From NCBI GenBank assembly GCA_017484125.1, contig JAFUTV010000006.1:1658-65657 (forward strand): 64,000 nucleotides of DNA, read 5' to 3'. The stretch comes from Bacilli bacterium. Its GTDB lineage: Bacteria; Bacillota_I; Bacilli_A; RF39; UBA660. The notes under the pieces were generated by a model, which was given only the letters and a program-made list of their open reading frames with translations, was not told where the DNA came from and searched no databases. How positions within the stretch are numbered: the first letter of the stretch is position 1; each line of letters begins with the position of its first letter. Made by a program: the position numbers and the translations under genes. Of this stretch, positions 19,027 through 28,052 are shown piece after piece.

Positions 19027-19587
19027 TTACAATTTATAAACATATACTGAAGCTCTCTTTGAGTAATTTGCTCCATCTCCATATAAACCTAAGTAGAATC
19101 GATCATTGACATTAAAATCTGCAATGTATGGATATATTGAATAACCACAGTGATGTTGAAATGCAATAGTTTGAACATTATTTATAAATAGTCTCATATA
19201 TCCAGTGTAAGAACATCCTCCATTTGGTGAAGCATTACTTCCTACTACGGATACAATTAAATATTTACCAGGCTTTTTAACAGTAAGTACATTGCCACTA
19301 TTTGATAAGTAATCCGTATTTAATACTGTAATATTCATTTTAAATAGTGACGTACTTCCTGATGAGAAAGTTTGATCACCAGTTGCTATAGCATCAGTTG
19401 GACGATTTATTCTCCAGTATAAATCATCAATTGCCTCTTGAGCATCATCTACTCTCCACTCATTATCTGTTGGTGTAAATCCTACACTACTTGCAATTAA
19501 ATCAAATGCAAAAACTGATGTTATACCTACTGATACTACAACACCCAATATGAAATATATTATTTTTGTTTTAACTAGTTTTTGCAT
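19027..19587 (-). CDS. LH-family member 12. Small head (PGKY type)
   Basis: Leader MQKLVKTKIIYFILGVVVSVGITSVFAFDLIASSVGFTPTDNEWRVDDAQEAIDDLY. Head ..VKKPGKYLIVSVVGSNAS..ASVYVYKL. Confidence 0.85.
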   Translation of the reverse strand: MQKLVKTKIIYFILGVVVSVGITSVFAFDLIASSVGFTPTDNEWRVDDAQEAIDDLYWRINRPTDAIATGDQTFSSGSTSLFKMNITVLNTDYLSNSGNVLTVKKPGKYLIVSVVGSNASPNGGCSYTGYMRLFINNVQTIAFQHHCGYSIYPYIADFNVNDRFYLGLYGDGANYSKRASVYVYKL

Positions 19588-19603
19588 ACTTCTTATTTCC
19601 TTT

Positions 19604-20110
19604 CTATTTTTTAAATAACATTGCTAAATTAGAAGTCATACCTTGATTAGACCATATGGAAAATGTTAATGTTTGACTTGCCTTTAAATCTATTTCATAA
19701 GCATAAATATAAGTGTGTGAAGTTGAAGCACTTGTTAATTTCAGGTTTTCAACTAACACTTTATATGTGCCATTTGTTGTAACACTACTATAGGATGTTC
19801 CACTTCCATAATAAGTAGATAATCCCGCTCCAAATGCTATTAATTTACAATTTTCGGTGGCAGTATAATTTATTGTTGCTTTATTCCGATCATGATAATA
19901 AGCACTATTTATAAATGTAATATCACTTGCTATTTCATCATATAAACTGTTAATAGCATTACTAGCATTTTCAACTTTCCAAGTATTATCTACTGGAGTA
20001 AAAGCTATATTTTCGGCTGCTAAAGAGTATGCAAAAGCTGTACCAACTTTACTAAAGATTATGGCACCTAATATGAAATATAATAATCTAGATTTTAATA
20101 CTTTTTTCAT
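19604..20110 (-). CDS. LH-family member 11. Small head, tandem paralog of member 10
   Basis: Leader MKKVLKSRLLYFILGAIIFSKVGTAFAYSLAAENIAFTPVDNTWKVENASNAINSLY. Head AYYHDRNKATINYTATENCKLIAFGAG..FSIWSNQGMTSN... Confidence 0.85.
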   Translation of the reverse strand: MKKVLKSRLLYFILGAIIFSKVGTAFAYSLAAENIAFTPVDNTWKVENASNAINSLYDEIASDITFINSAYYHDRNKATINYTATENCKLIAFGAGLSTYYGSGTSYSSVTTNGTYKVLVENLKLTSASTSHTYIYAYEIDLKASQTLTFSIWSNQGMTSNLAMLFKK

Positions 20111-20141
20111 ACTCTTTATTTCCTTTCTATTTAATTTGAAT

Positions 20142-20648
20142 TTATACTTTTATTAATATTGCTATATTTGATGTGTTTCCTTGATTAGACCAAATGGAAA
20201 ACTCTACAGTATCACCAGGCTTTAATGAAACAGCATATGCATATATCCTAGAATAAGATGTTGAAGCACTGGATTCTTTTTTATTTTCAACTAAAGGTAT
20301 GTATGTTCCAGTTGTTGTTATGCTACTATAAGTTGTTCCATCACCATAATGAATTGATGTTCCACCACCTGCTGCTATTAATTTACAGTTTTTTGTAGCT
20401 GTATAGCTAACCGTTGCTTTATTTTTGTCATGATAATATGCTCTTGCTACTACTTCACCACTTTTAGTTAACATAGCTCTTAATTCATCCAGTGCTAAGT
20501 TTGCATTATCTACATTCCAGTTGGAATCAGTTGGAGTAAATGAAACATCCGTTGTTAGAAACGAGTATGCTAGAACTGTACTTATTCCACCAAAAATAAG
20601 TGCGCCAATTATAAAATAAAATATTCTTGATATAATTAATTTTTTCAT
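20142..20648 (-). CDS. LH-family member 10. Small head, tandem paralog of member 11
   Basis: Leader MKKLIISRIFYFIIGALIFGGISTVLAYSFLTTDVSFTPTDSNWNVDNANLALDEL. Head AYYHDKNKATVSYTATKNCKLIAAGGG..FSIWSNQGNTSN... Confidence 0.85.
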   Translation of the reverse strand: MKKLIISRIFYFIIGALIFGGISTVLAYSFLTTDVSFTPTDSNWNVDNANLALDELRAMLTKSGEVVARAYYHDKNKATVSYTATKNCKLIAAGGGTSIHYGDGTTYSSITTTGTYIPLVENKKESSASTSYSRIYAYAVSLKPGDTVEFSIWSNQGNTSNIAILIKV

Positions 20649-20671
20649 TTTACATACTCCTTTCTTTTTTA

Positions 20672-21760
20672 TTAACTTACTGTTAGAAGTGTAACTTTGG
20701 CATAGCCATTTCCACTTTTAGCATAATCACTTATTGGATTACTTGAAACATTTGTTGTAGATATAGTTTTAGTACTTTTTTCATCTGAAGTTGTGCAATT
20801 ATAACATGTCATATGTTTAGTAATTGTATTTAGTGATTTTAGATTAGATGAAGCAATATAACTTGAACCACCTCCAGCTCCAGCTACGGTAGAACCTCCA
20901 CCGCCATAGTATCCGCCTCCACCGCCGGAGCCTCCACCATTGTTACTTGCTGTACTGGAGTTACCACCTTTTCCAAAACTACCAGATGAAGGTGCTCCGC
21001 GCGAACCAGATGCAAAGCTTCCACCAGCACTTTGAGTTGCACCATATCCTTCTCTACCATTTGTTGAAGAACTTTTACCACCATTTATTCCTTTTATTCC
21101 TCCAGCAGATCCTCCATTAGCATTTTCGTTAGAAGCATAGTAATATGCTCCGCCTCCGCCACCGGAAGCAATTAATAACATTTCATTAGTTACAGCTTGA
21201 GTATAACCTAAAGATGCTAATGTTCCACTTTTCATAGCAATATGAGTTGCTCCACCGCCAGAGGCATTATATGTATTATTATTTAGCCAATGATAAGAAT
21301 TTCCTCCACCATTATATCCTCCAGTATAATCTCCCGTTGTTGAAGTACCATTCGTTCCAGCACCACCAACATTTATAAATAGTTTTTGTCCTTTTGTTAG
21401 TGAAACAACTCCTATAGAATATGCACCATATCCACCTACTTTATTTCCAGGAGTTGATCCCCCCTGCGCTCCCCATGTTTCTAAAATATATATTCCATTT
21501 AACGGAACAGTAAATTGTTCTTCTTTTCCTTCATAAGCAAAGCCCCATTCAAGTCCATCAAATCTTGTTTTGCAATAATCACATGTTTCATGTAAATCAT
21601 CTATTGCACTACCAGTATTATCAACTTCCCAATCTTCATCTTTTGGATTATAACCAACATCATTAGCAAATATTGAATATGCAAAAACTGATGTTATACC
21701 TATTGTTGATAAAACACCTAATATATAAGTAAATATTGGATTTTTTAATAGTTTTTGCAT
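20672..21760 (-). CDS. LH-family member 9. Head: C.YC motif plus glycine-rich (PF12810-like) domain
   Basis: Sequence MQKLLKNPIFTYILGVLSTIGITSVFAYSIFANDVGYNPKDEDWEVDNTGSAIDDLHETCDYCK..NGIYILETWGAQGG..SGGGATHIA..LIASGGGGGAYY..GGGGGYYGGGGS..KSGNGYAKVTLL. Confidence 0.85.
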   Translation of the reverse strand: MQKLLKNPIFTYILGVLSTIGITSVFAYSIFANDVGYNPKDEDWEVDNTGSAIDDLHETCDYCKTRFDGLEWGFAYEGKEEQFTVPLNGIYILETWGAQGGSTPGNKVGGYGAYSIGVVSLTKGQKLFINVGGAGTNGTSTTGDYTGGYNGGGNSYHWLNNNTYNASGGGATHIAMKSGTLASLGYTQAVTNEMLLIASGGGGGAYYYASNENANGGSAGGIKGINGGKSSSTNGREGYGATQSAGGSFASGSRGAPSSGSFGKGGNSSTASNNGGGSGGGGGYYGGGGSTVAGAGGGSSYIASSNLKSLNTITKHMTCYNCTTSDEKSTKTISTTNVSSNPISDYAKSGNGYAKVTLLTVS

Positions 21761-21802
21761 ATTTTATTTTCCTTTCTATTTTTTTAGTTTTATAAATTAT
21801 TA

Positions 21803-22369
21803 TTAATGATATATAAATATTCCTATGTTTTGTGGCAATGTGTTATATGGCGGATAATCTGGTCCAACATAAGTTAATGTATCACTTTCACTATTTATTT
21901 TTATTTCATATAGTGAGTAGTAAAAATAATTAGATTGATATCCTGATGAAGAAGAGGTAGCACTTACATCAAAGTATTTAGCAGTCTTTCTTTTAATTGA
22001 ACAGCTATTACATGTTAAACTTGTATCACTATCATAATCTTTTATTACTGTAGTGTGTCTAGAAGATGGCATTGCAGAAACTGCATCTATTGTAATTACA
22101 ACGTACCTTCCTTTAGATAATTCTTTAGTCAATGTTCTATTTCTACCTCTATTACCTTGGAAAGATACAATTTCTAAATTATCAAATCTAGCAATATCAT
22201 CTCTTAATTCATCTAATGCATTACTAACATTATCAACATCCCAATCATCGTCTTTTGGATTATAGCCAACATCTTGAGCTAGTAATGAGTATGCAAAAAC
22301 TGATACTGTTGAAAATATTACAGCACCTAATATAAAAGTAAATATTGGATTTTTTACTAGTTTTTTCAT
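21803..22369 (-). CDS. LH-family member 8. Small head (KGRY type)
   Basis: Leader MKKLVKNPIFTFILGAVIFSTVSVFAYSLLAQDVGYNPKDDDWDVDNVSNALDEL. Head ..LSKGRYVVITIDAVSA..IGIFIYH. Confidence 0.85.
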   Translation of the reverse strand: MKKLVKNPIFTFILGAVIFSTVSVFAYSLLAQDVGYNPKDDDWDVDNVSNALDELRDDIARFDNLEIVSFQGNRGRNRTLTKELSKGRYVVITIDAVSAMPSSRHTTVIKDYDSDTSLTCNSCSIKRKTAKYFDVSATSSSSGYQSNYFYYSLYEIKINSESDTLTYVGPDYPPYNTLPQNIGIFIYH

Positions 22370-22404
22370 TTTGCATACTCCTTTCTTTTTTATTTTTTAA
22401 TTAT

Positions 22405-23478
22405 TTATGGAGCAACTATTGAATAATTAGTTTCATTGTCATAAATAATACTGTTTGGTTTTATACTTACAATTGGGTTAAAGTTTACATTTCCATCTTT
22501 GTCAGCATAACACCATGTTTTATTACCATTTAAAATCATTACCCAACCATTTCCATAACTACCAGGACTTGAAAACCAGAATTTTGTATTAGATAAACCA
22601 AATGTATTATCAATTCCAGTCCATGCATTATATGTATAACCAGTAGAATTAAATTGACTATAATTAATGCTTGATCCAGTTTTTAAGTTATATCCAGAGA
22701 AGAACAAATCGATTGTTGGACCTGCTGCTGCAAAGTCACATATATCACTTTTACAATAACTTGAGTAATTTGATGGAGTTAACATACTCCAAGTTTTGGA
22801 TGCACCATTAGCATTTCCATTTGAACTACTATATTGTTTAGCCCAAGCTAACAAATTGTTTCCAGAAGACTTATTTAAAACACTATTTGCATACGTGCCA
22901 TTAGCTGTTGGCTTGCCACTCCATCTAGCAGTTTTACTAATCAAATACATATGAACACCATCAGTTGCAAATTTATTGCCAATAAATAGTATTATCCAAT
23001 TACTATCGCCATTATAATTTACCGTTTTTCCAAGGAAACTCTTATAATCAGATGAAGCAATTTTAGATATTTGTTGTCCATATATCCATTTAGCAAATAA
23101 TACTTTATCATCAGTGGTATCTAAATTATCAACCGTTACTTTAGTGGTATAAGTATCATCGGTATACCAACCAGCAAATACATAATCTTCTTTAGTAGCA
23201 GTTGGTAAACTCCATAGTTTTTCACCCTTAGCCACTTTTATTAAAGATGTTCCTGATGTTCCACCGTTTGTAATAAAACGTATTGTTGAAAATGATGCAT
23301 TTAAGTCGTACAAGTTATCCAATGCTTCTTTTGTATTTTCTACTTCCCAAGAATCATCTTTTGGAGTGTATCCTACATTTTGTGCAATTATAGAGTATGC
23401 AAAAGCAGATGTCATACCCACAAATATAATGGCACCAAGTATAAAGAATAATAATTTTGATTTAAATATCTTTTTCAT
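22405..23478 (-). CDS. LH-family member 7. Head: Listeria-Bacteroides (Flg_new) repeat plus DUF6273-like domain
   Basis: Leader MKKIFKSKLLFFILGAIIFVGMTSAFAYSIIAQNVGYTPKDDSWEVENTKEALDNLY. Then TIRFITNGGTSGTSLIKVAKGEKLWSLPTATKEDYVFAGWYTDDTY..VLFAKW. C-terminus ..FWFSSPGSYGNGWVMILNGN..NPIVSIKPN. Confidence 0.85.
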   Translation of the reverse strand: MKKIFKSKLLFFILGAIIFVGMTSAFAYSIIAQNVGYTPKDDSWEVENTKEALDNLYDLNASFSTIRFITNGGTSGTSLIKVAKGEKLWSLPTATKEDYVFAGWYTDDTYTTKVTVDNLDTTDDKVLFAKWIYGQQISKIASSDYKSFLGKTVNYNGDSNWIILFIGNKFATDGVHMYLISKTARWSGKPTANGTYANSVLNKSSGNNLLAWAKQYSSSNGNANGASKTWSMLTPSNYSSYCKSDICDFAAAGPTIDLFFSGYNLKTGSSINYSQFNSTGYTYNAWTGIDNTFGLSNTKFWFSSPGSYGNGWVMILNGNKTWCYADKDGNVNFNPIVSIKPNSIIYDNETNYSIVAP

Positions 23479-23506
23479 ATTTGTATACTCCTTTCTTTTT
23501 TTATTT

Positions 23507-24091
23507 TTAATCTTGTTTTAGTTTAATTGCATTCAATGTAATTCCTAAGGCAATATTATTATCAGTACCGCCTGTATATTTAAGTGTTATTGCTACATTG
23601 TCTTCATTTACTTCAGCATAGTAAATAAAATTTTGAAATCTAGTTATTGAATACATATTGTTAAATTTATTTGATGCTCGCGCTCTGTAGTGTTTTTTTG
23701 ATATATCTTTTATATCACATTTACTGGTATCATAGTTTAAAACAAGTGAACTATCAATTGTATATACTCCAGAACTTTCAGTTGTAGTATTATATCCATA
23801 ATTTGAAGTAGCTAATATAATGTATTTACCTTTATTTAAAGTAATCGATGTATTTTTAGCAGTTAGTTGCCCTAAATTTTGATTTGATATAGGCTCATCA
23901 AACGTTCCCATTTCCCATATACTATTATGTAAATTATCAAGTGCACTAGAAACATTATCAACATTCCAGTTTGTATCACTCGGAATATAGCCAACATCAT
24001 TTGCAAACAAGTCGTATGCAAATGCACTGCTACTAGCAATAGTTATACCTAAAATAAATGTAAATATTGGATTTTTAAATATTTTCTTCAT
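23507..24091 (-). CDS. LH-family member 6. Small head (KGKY type)
   Basis: The track start MQM.. is the conserved UTR ATGCAA. The likely start is ATG 24091. Leader MKKIFKNPIFTFILGITIASSSAFAYDLFANDVGYIPSDTNWNVDNVSSALDNLH. Head ..LNKGKYIILATSNYGY... Confidence 0.85.
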   Translation of the reverse strand: MKKIFKNPIFTFILGITIASSSAFAYDLFANDVGYIPSDTNWNVDNVSSALDNLHNSIWEMGTFDEPISNQNLGQLTAKNTSITLNKGKYIILATSNYGYNTTTESSGVYTIDSSLVLNYDTSKCDIKDISKKHYRARASNKFNNMYSITRFQNFIYYAEVNEDNVAITLKYTGGTDNNIALGITLNAIKLKQD

Positions 24092-24110
24092 TTGCATACT
24101 CCTTTCTTTT

Positions 24111-24938
24111 TTATTCTGGTGTCACATACACCTCAGTAATATAGTCATATGTATCCCAGTTTGCTATATGTATTTGACCAGTATAGTTATTAAGTGTAAA
24201 TTTATCTAAATATGCTCCCGTTGTTCTATTAGAACTTGCAATATTATTTACACTAATATATGGTACATTTGTTCCACTAATTGATGTTTTATAGTATTTA
24301 ACATAAATACTTTTATATTTTGATACATCAATACTATTTACGGTTATCATTCTTGATTTTGAACATCCAGCAGCTGAATTATATAAAAGTATATTTGTTG
24401 AATTTTTTTGAAATAATCCTCTTCTAGGGGTACATCCTTCATCTACTATTTCTACATTCCATCCTCCTGTTATTATCTCATATTCATTCCCATCATTATA
24501 TAACCATATTCTATTTAAAGTTGTTAAATCTGTTTCTGAAGTTTTGACTAATTTATCATTCGAATCATAAGCATTTACTTTAATTTTATATGTCGTATTT
24601 AGATTTAAATTAGTAAACGTATATGTATCACTTGTTGAATTTTCTTTGAATACATTATCTATGTAATAAGTATACTTTGAAGATATTTGTTTTACATAAT
24701 CTGGTATTTTTACTTTTATATATGTTCCATTTAATTCAAGAGCTTCAACATTAAATGAATTAATTCTATTATGCAAATCATCTATAGCATCTTTTGTATT
24801 ATCTACTTTCCAATTACTATCTCTTGGTGTAAATCCTACATCATCAGCTATAAGTGAGTATGCAAAAACTGATGTAGTGCTTACTACAATTAAACCTAAA
24901 ATAAATACAAATATTCTTGATTTAATTAGTTTTTGCAT
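24111..24938 (-). CDS. LH-family member 5. Head: FN3-like domain plus 'TGGW' beta domain (related to member 1)
   Basis: Leader MQKLIKSRIFVFILGLIVVSTTSVFAYSLIADDVGFTPRDSNWKVDNTKDAIDDLH. Then ..TFTNLNLNTTYKIKVNAYD.., then IWLYNDGNEYEIITGGW... Confidence 0.85.
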   Translation of the reverse strand: MQKLIKSRIFVFILGLIVVSTTSVFAYSLIADDVGFTPRDSNWKVDNTKDAIDDLHNRINSFNVEALELNGTYIKVKIPDYVKQISSKYTYYIDNVFKENSTSDTYTFTNLNLNTTYKIKVNAYDSNDKLVKTSETDLTTLNRIWLYNDGNEYEIITGGWNVEIVDEGCTPRRGLFQKNSTNILLYNSAAGCSKSRMITVNSIDVSKYKSIYVKYYKTSISGTNVPYISVNNIASSNRTTGAYLDKFTLNNYTGQIHIANWDTYDYITEVYVTPE

Positions 24939-24958
24939 ATTTTATTTTCCTTTCTTTT

Positions 24959-26038
24959 TTACTTGACTACTTCTAAAGTTATTCTTGCGTAACCATTTCC
25001 TATTTTAGCTTTATCTGATTGTGGTTTATTTTCTACATCATCAGTTGTAATTGTTTTTGTTGAATCATCATCAGATGTTGTACATTTATAACATGTTGTA
25101 TGTTTAGTCAATAAATTTGTCGAAATCAATCTTGAACTTGCAATATAACTTGAACCACCGCCAGCACCAGAGTGTCTTGATGATCCACCACCGTAGTAGC
25201 CTCCACCGCCACCTGGTTCATTATTTCCATAGCAAGCTCCACCGGCTGCACCTTGGCCAAATGATCCTGAATTACAAGAACCAGTTTGACCAGCACCACC
25301 AGAGTCCTGAGTACCACCATGACCTACACTTGTTGTCCAGTTATTATGAAATCCATCATGTCCTATATAACCACCACCATGGCCACCAGAACCACTCGGA
25401 GTTGTGCCATTAGAACCATCAGAATAGTGAATACTACCACCACCTCCACCGGCAACGATTAAAATATCACCTTTTCTATCAACTAATGATGATAAAACGC
25501 CAGATGAGAAAGCAATGTGAGTGGCACCACCTCCACCGGCACCCCATCCGCCATATCCTTGTGAAGTATATCCAGTACCTTTACCACCACCATTGTAACC
25601 AGCATTACCTGAAGAATCACCTTGGCCACCAACGTTGATAAATAATATATCGCCTTCATTTAATTTAACATAACCAGTAGCAAAACCACCATAACCACCA
25701 CTAAAACTTGAAGAAGCGTTTCCTCCTTGTGCTCCCCATACTTCTAATTTATATATTCCAGATAATGGAACTGGGAAATTTTGTTCTTCTCCTTCATATG
25801 GATAATTCCAAACAAGTCCTTCAAATCTTGTTTTACAATAAGTACAAGTTTCGTGTAATTCATCTAGTGCTTCACCAGTATCATTAATATCAGTTCCATC
25901 AGATTTTTTCCAAGAACTATCTGATGGTGTAAAGCCTACATCACTAGCAATTAAGGAGTATGCAAAAGCTGATGTAGTACTAGCTACAATTAAACCTAAG
26001 ATAAATACAAATATTCTTGATTTAAATAGTTTTTGCAT
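24959..26038 (-). CDS. LH-family member 4 (long handle). Head: C.YC motif plus glycine-rich (PF12810-like) domain
   Basis: Sequence MQKLFKSRIFVFILGLIVASTTSAFAYSLIASDVGFTPSDSSWKKSDGTDINDTGEALDELHETCTYCK..SGIYKLEVWGAQGG..GGGGATHIA..LIVAGGGGGS..GGGGGYYGGGSS..KIGNGYARITL. Confidence 0.85.
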   Translation of the reverse strand: MQKLFKSRIFVFILGLIVASTTSAFAYSLIASDVGFTPSDSSWKKSDGTDINDTGEALDELHETCTYCKTRFEGLVWNYPYEGEEQNFPVPLSGIYKLEVWGAQGGNASSSFSGGYGGFATGYVKLNEGDILFINVGGQGDSSGNAGYNGGGKGTGYTSQGYGGWGAGGGGATHIAFSSGVLSSLVDRKGDILIVAGGGGGSIHYSDGSNGTTPSGSGGHGGGYIGHDGFHNNWTTSVGHGGTQDSGGAGQTGSCNSGSFGQGAAGGACYGNNEPGGGGGYYGGGSSRHSGAGGGSSYIASSRLISTNLLTKHTTCYKCTTSDDDSTKTITTDDVENKPQSDKAKIGNGYARITLEVVK

Positions 26039-26063
26039 ATTTTTACTTCCTTTCTATTTTTTA

Positions 26064-26906
26064 TTAATATAGATTTGTTTTAAATACTGTAATAGTAGGT
26101 CTAACTCCCATATATTTGTTTGTTGTTATTTCCAAATTAGACAATGAACCACTTGAATGAATTCGCCATGCATATTGTGAAGATGTACTAGTATTAATAT
26201 AATCTGAAGTCCAATATCCGTATGCTTCATCAGATGTTAACTCATTTGGACAATGATATTCTTGATCAAAATACAAATAATCATGAAGCCAACAATAATC
26301 AGTATCTTTTTTACATCTTGCACCTGATACATTATCATAGACTTTACTTTTTAAACAAAATATATCATTAACAGTCGCAGTTGTTGCTTTCCAATTAGTT
26401 TTTCCAACAGCTAAAGCAATATCATTTGCTTTTGGTAAGTCTACATCTATTACATTATTCCATAATACTTTTATATTATTGTCATCTATATATGATTTAG
26501 CATCCATCCAAGTCATTACCTTTTTTGATGTTTTTTCAGTTAAATTATGTTGCATTATTAATTTAATAACTTCACCATTAACATTTAATATGTAAAAATT
26601 TCTTAATATTCCATCACCTGGGTCACATTCATATTGTGTTCCAACAGCATATAAATCAGATTTATCTTGAGAATAATCATTATTAGCATAAGTACAAACT
26701 CTTCTAAATGCCATTGAATTAATTTTATTATGTAAATCATCTAGTGCTTCTTTAGTATTTTCTACTTCCCAAGAATTATCTTTTGGAGTAAATCCAACAT
26801 CATTTGCAATTATTGAATATGAGATAGCAAAAACTGATGTAATTCCAATTACACTTGTAACACCTAATATAAATACAAATAATTTTGATTTAAACAGTTT
26901 TTGCAT
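26064..26906 (-). CDS. LH-family member 3. Cys-containing DUF6273-like head
   Basis: Leader MQKLFKSKLFVFILGVTSVIGITSVFAISYSIIANDVGFTPKDNSWEVENTKEALDDLH. Head GTQYECDPGDGILRNFYILNVNGEVIKLIMQHNL..GYWTSD..MGVRPTITVFKTNL. Confidence 0.85.
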   Translation of the reverse strand: MQKLFKSKLFVFILGVTSVIGITSVFAISYSIIANDVGFTPKDNSWEVENTKEALDDLHNKINSMAFRRVCTYANNDYSQDKSDLYAVGTQYECDPGDGILRNFYILNVNGEVIKLIMQHNLTEKTSKKVMTWMDAKSYIDDNNIKVLWNNVIDVDLPKANDIALAVGKTNWKATTATVNDIFCLKSKVYDNVSGARCKKDTDYCWLHDYLYFDQEYHCPNELTSDEAYGYWTSDYINTSTSSQYAWRIHSSGSLSNLEITTNKYMGVRPTITVFKTNLY

Positions 26907-26929
26907 ATCTTTATTTTCCTTTCTATTTT

Positions 26930-28015
26930 TTAATTTGCAATTAATAGTGTTATTTTGGCATATCCATGACCACTTTTTGCATAGTCACTTATTGGATCAT
27001 CCGAAACATTTGTTGTTGATATTGTTTTGGTGCCTTCTTCATCTGAAGTTGTACAATTATAACATGCCATATGTTTAGTAACTGATAATGCTGATTCTAA
27101 GTTTTCTGAAGCTATATAGCCTGATCCTCCAGCTCCACCATGTCGTCCACCGCTTGCTCCACCAAAGTATCCACCGCCACCACCTGGCATTCTAACGTTA
27201 ATTGCTCCACCGCCTTTGCCAAATGATCCACTTTGTGAGTTGTAGCACTGACTACCACCACATGTAGTCATGTAATTTCCTCCAGCTTCTTGAGTACCAC
27301 CAGTTGCTGATCCAATTGGATAAGTATAATTAGACACATTTTTAACTGTGGCTTTTTCTCCTTGTTTTCCTCCACCAGCACCACCAACTCCATAGTAGTC
27401 TGACGAAAATTTAACTGCACCTCCGCCACCACCGGCAACAATTAAAATACTATTCTTGTCATTTTCAAGTGAAGAAAGTAATCCAGATGATGTTGCAATA
27501 TGTGTTGCACCTCCACCAGCGCCAACATATACATCAGCATCATTAATTGACCTTGCAGAACCTCCGCCATTATATCCTCCAGCAATTACAGTATCACTGT
27601 GATATATACTTGTTCCTTGTCCGCCGACATTGATATAAAGAGTATCGTTATTACTTAATCTAACTATTCCAGTTGAATATCCACCATAACCACCAGCATA
27701 AGAATTAGTTGCGTCCCCTCCTTGTGCTCCCCAGGCTTCTAATTTGTAGATTCCTGAAATTGGAACAGGAAATTCTTGTTCTTTTCCTTCATATGGAATT
27801 TTCCAAACCAATCCTTCAAAACGACTCTTGCAATAATCACATGTTTCATGTAAATCATCTAAACCACTCTTAACATTATCCACATTCCAATCCTCATCTT
27901 TTGGAGTAAATCCTACATCTTGAGCTAGTAATGAGTATGCAAAAACTGATACTGTTGAAAACATTACAGCACCTAATACGAAGAAAAATATTCTTGATTT
28001 AAATAGTTTTTTCAT
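26930..28015 (-). CDS. LH-family member 2. Head: C.YC motif plus glycine-rich (PF12810-like) domain
   Basis: Sequence MKKLFKSRIFFFVLGAVMFSTVSVFAYSLLAQDVGFTPKDEDWNVDNVKSGLDDLHETCDYCK..SGIYKLEAWGAQGG..AGGGATHIA..LIVAGGGGGA..GGGGGYFGGASG..KSGHGYAKITLL. Confidence 0.85.
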   Translation of the reverse strand: MKKLFKSRIFFFVLGAVMFSTVSVFAYSLLAQDVGFTPKDEDWNVDNVKSGLDDLHETCDYCKSRFEGLVWKIPYEGKEQEFPVPISGIYKLEAWGAQGGDATNSYAGGYGGYSTGIVRLSNNDTLYINVGGQGTSIYHSDTVIAGGYNGGGSARSINDADVYVGAGGGATHIATSSGLLSSLENDKNSILIVAGGGGGAVKFSSDYYGVGGAGGGKQGEKATVKNVSNYTYPIGSATGGTQEAGGNYMTTCGGSQCYNSQSGSFGKGGGAINVRMPGGGGGYFGGASGGRHGGAGGSGYIASENLESALSVTKHMACYNCTTSDEEGTKTISTTNVSDDPISDYAKSGHGYAKITLLIAN

Positions 28016-28052
28016 ATTTGCATACTCACCTCCTTATTTGTGAATTATTTAT

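Noticed and set aside
18091-25413. Alternative-frame ORFs inside the glycine-rich heads (18091..18273+, 18106..18333-, 20884..21084-, 25117..25413+, 25126..25320-)
   Set aside because: Runs of GGN/ACC codons keep other frames open by chance. The annotated frame carries the conserved family motifs, and these ORFs have none.
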